Part shown: one piece after another, positions 62,022 to 64,000 of the stretch
How positions within the stretch are numbered: position 1 is the stretch's first letter
Layout of the letters: each line of letters begins with the position of its first letter
Assembly (NCBI GenBank): GCA_035765695.1
Contig: DASTXB010000017.1
Span: 16,939-80,938, forward strand
DNA: 64,000 nucleotides
DNA from: Nocardioides sp.
GTDB taxonomy: Bacteria; Actinomycetota; Actinomycetes; Propionibacteriales; Nocardioidaceae
Direction: 5' to 3'
Notes under the pieces: generated by a model
Seen by the model: the letters and a program-made list of their open reading frames with translations, nothing else
Databases searched by the model: none
Told to the model about the DNA's origin: nothing
Position numbers and translations under genes: made by a program

Positions 62022-62648
62022 GTGAGCGGATTCGGCTCGGGACGACCGGCGGGGGGCGAGCGCCCCGACGGCGTGACGGCGCGCGCCGGTGAGGTCTGGG
62101 CCCGCGCGACCGACGGCTTCAACCGGTGGGTCGCCGGCGACCCCGCGGGCCTCGACGACCTGGTCGCGGTGATGACCCCGGTGCTGTGGCACGTGGTGCG
62201 GTCCTACCGGCTCCCCGAGCCTGCGGCCGAGGACGTGATCCAGTCGACCTGGCTGGCGCTGGTCCGGCGGCGCGCGACGATCGTCGACGCCGTCGCGATC
62301 GGCGGCTGGCTCACGACCACCGCGCGCCGGGAGGCGTGGCGGGTCGCGCAGGGCGACAGCCGCGCCACCCCGCTGGCCGACGAGGACCTCGAACCGCGGG
62401 TGCCGGTGCAGCGATCCGCGGAGGACGCCGCGGTGCAGCACGACGAGGACGACCGGATCTGGGCGGCCGTGGACGGCCTGCCCGAGCGGTGTCGCCGGCT
62501 GCTGCGGATCGTCGCGTTCGAGAACCGGCCCGACTACCGTGAGCTCGCGTCCGACCTGGGGATGCCGGTCGGCAGCATCGGCCCCACCCGGGGCCGGTGC
62601 CTGGCGAAGCTGCGGGTGGCCCTGATGCAGACAGGGGAGTTCCGATGA
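62022..62648 (+). CDS. ECF-type RNA polymerase sigma factor
   Basis: AEDVIQSTW, WLTTTARRE, LPERCRRLL, YRELASDLGMPVGSIGPTRGRCL. Start uncertain. Confidence 0.88.
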   Translation: MSGFGSGRPAGGERPDGVTARAGEVWARATDGFNRWVAGDPAGLDDLVAVMTPVLWHVVRSYRLPEPAAEDVIQSTWLALVRRRATIVDAVAIGGWLTTTARREAWRVAQGDSRATPLADEDLEPRVPVQRSAEDAAVQHDEDDRIWAAVDGLPERCRRLLRIVAFENRPDYRELASDLGMPVGSIGPTRGRCLAKLRVALMQTGEFR

Positions 62649-62715
62649 ATCACGCCTCGAAGTCCTGTTCCTCCCCCCCTGCACTCCTCCGTCCGACAAC
62701 GTCGAGGGGATCCCG

Positions 62716-63177
62716 ATGAGCGAGTTGAGCAGGGACGCGCTCCTGGGCGTCGTGCGCGAGGTGTGGGAGCGGCACGACCCGGTCCCCGACCACCTGGTGC
62801 CGGCGATGCAGGCCGCGGCGGCGATGGCCGCCTCCGACCTCGACGTGGAGCTGATGGAGCTCGTGGAGCGGGCCACCGAGCTGGCCGGCGCGCGCGGGTC
62901 GACGTCGTACACGCTCCGGTTCGTGCACGGCGACACCGACCTGCTGCTGCGGGTCGCGGTCGACGGCGACCGCTCCCGGGTGGACGGCTGGGTGGTGCCG
63001 CCCGAGCCGATGACGGTCCGGGCCCTGCCCGGCGAGGACCCCACCGACTGGTCGTCGGTCGTCAGCGAGACCGGCCGCTTCGAGCTCACCGACCTGCCGC
63101 TCGGGCTGCTGCGGCTCCGGCTCGAACCGCACGACATCACCCGCCCGGCGTTCGCGACGCCGACGTTCGAGATCTGA
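62716..63177 (+). CDS. Hypothetical protein with a carboxypeptidase-regulatory-like beta domain (possible anti-sigma)
   Basis: WERHDPVP, RVDGWVVP, ETGRFELTDLPLG, TPTFEI. Confidence 0.7.
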   Translation: MSELSRDALLGVVREVWERHDPVPDHLVPAMQAAAAMAASDLDVELMELVERATELAGARGSTSYTLRFVHGDTDLLLRVAVDGDRSRVDGWVVPPEPMTVRALPGEDPTDWSSVVSETGRFELTDLPLGLLRLRLEPHDITRPAFATPTFEI

Positions 63178-63193
63178 GGAGCCTCCCGAGCCC

Positions 63194-64000
63194 ATGGAGC
63201 AGCAGCCCGAGCCCCACCGTCCTGCCCGCAAGCGCCGCCGACCGCTCGACCGCGACCCGCGCCCGCCCCACGCGGCCACGATCGCGGTCGTCCAGGGGCG
63301 GCTGCTCGACCCGGCGACCGCGTTGACCGTCGACGGGGTCACCCCGCGGCCGACGGTGTACGTCGGTCCTCGGCTGCTGGTCTCCAAGGCGGTCGACGTC
63401 GAGGGCGCCCTCCTGGTGCTCCGCGCCGTCGCGGAGCCGCTGGGCTGGGACGTCGTGCCCGAGGAGGAGGACCCGCGCACCGTCGGCCTGCGGTTCGGCT
63501 ACCGCCCGCTGCGCCTCGTGGTCGCCTCGAACCGCGCCACGATCGCGCCGGACGCCTGGACCCTCCTGCAGCAGACGCGGGCGCAGTTCGGCGTCGACGC
63601 CGTGCGCGGGGTCAGCCTGGACCACCTGGTCTCGCCGGCCATCACGGGCAACCCGTTGCACGACGGGGATCCCCTGCACGACGGGGATCCGTTGCACGAC
63701 GGGGATCCCCTGCACGACGGGGATCCGCTGCACGACGGGGATCCACTGCACGACGGGGACCCGTTGCACGACGGCGACCCGTTGCACGACGGCGACCCGC
63801 TGTACGGCGACCCGCGTGCTGCGGCGCGGAGCTCCCGGGCGATCGCGTCGTACCTCCAGATCGGGTTCGGCGGCCGCCAGCCGGTCGCGTACGTCGGCCC
63901 CGCGCCGCGCCGCCGGCCCGACGACGCGATCGACGGCCGCCGGCCGGTGGTCGCGGTCCTCGACACGGGGTGCGGCACCCACCCCTGGCTCGACGGCGTC
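63194..64000 (+). CDS. S8 subtilisin-like serine protease, N-terminal part (runs off the window)
   Basis: Open frame from ATG 63194 (GAGGAG upstream) ending VVAVLDTGCGTHPWLDGV, the catalytic Asp motif. Not in the ORF track. Confidence 0.85.
   Translation, partial: MEQQPEPHRPARKRRRPLDRDPRPPHAATIAVVQGRLLDPATALTVDGVTPRPTVYVGPRLLVSKAVDVEGALLVLRAVAEPLGWDVVPEEEDPRTVGLRFGYRPLRLVVASNRATIAPDAWTLLQQTRAQFGVDAVRGVSLDHLVSPAITGNPLHDGDPLHDGDPLHDGDPLHDGDPLHDGDPLHDGDPLHDGDPLHDGDPLYGDPRAAARSSRAIASYLQIGFGGRQPVAYVGPAPRRRPDDAIDGRRPVVAVLDTGCGTHPWLDGV
63653..63796 (+). repeat. 18-bp coding tandem repeat x8 (PLHDGD)
   Basis: CCN-YTG-CAC-GAC-GGS-GAY x8, followed by PLYGDP. Confidence 0.95.

Noticed and set aside
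63653-63796. CRISPR-like array
   Set aside because: Contiguous 18-bp units without spacers, in frame in a CDS, and no cas genes.

Overview
High-GC actinobacterial chromosome (Nocardioides-like by gene order and protein style; this is inference) covering the replication origin region. Bases 161-15917 are a ~15.7 kb integrative element inserted in the 3' half of tRNA-Ala(TGC), bounded by a perfect 46-bp direct repeat. It carries a tyrosine integrase, an excisionase, a MOBF/TrwC relaxase-helicase, a DarT-DarG toxin-antitoxin pair and a defence cluster. The cluster comprises Vsr, a DUF3883-type nuclease, an M.AluI-like C5 methyltransferase with six AGCT sites packed into 40 bp at its promoter/start, and a tightly coupled four-gene operon (Z1-domain SF2 helicase, ParB/Srx-fold protein, Mrr-like PD-(D/E)XK protein, 94-aa unknown). 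That operon with its methyltransferase is the best candidate for an undescribed system. The rest is mostly the conserved origin backbone: tRNA-Ile, gyrA/gyrB, dciA, recF, gnd, dnaN, oriC, dnaA, rpmH-rnpA-yidD-yidC-jag-rsmG-parA-parB with two parS sites, trxA/trxB, sigM, murJ, cca, ino1, padR, PBP1A, GT87, alr-like and femX. Other signals: an AbiEi/DUF559-type gene bracketed by two 58-bp REP-like palindromes; two inverted 8-bp-periodic TCGA arrays (inside dnaA and after parB); and an ECF sigma-S8 protease locus with an 8x PLHDGD repeat. No CRISPR array or rRNA seen. Family calls come from motif recognition only, and several start codons are best guesses.
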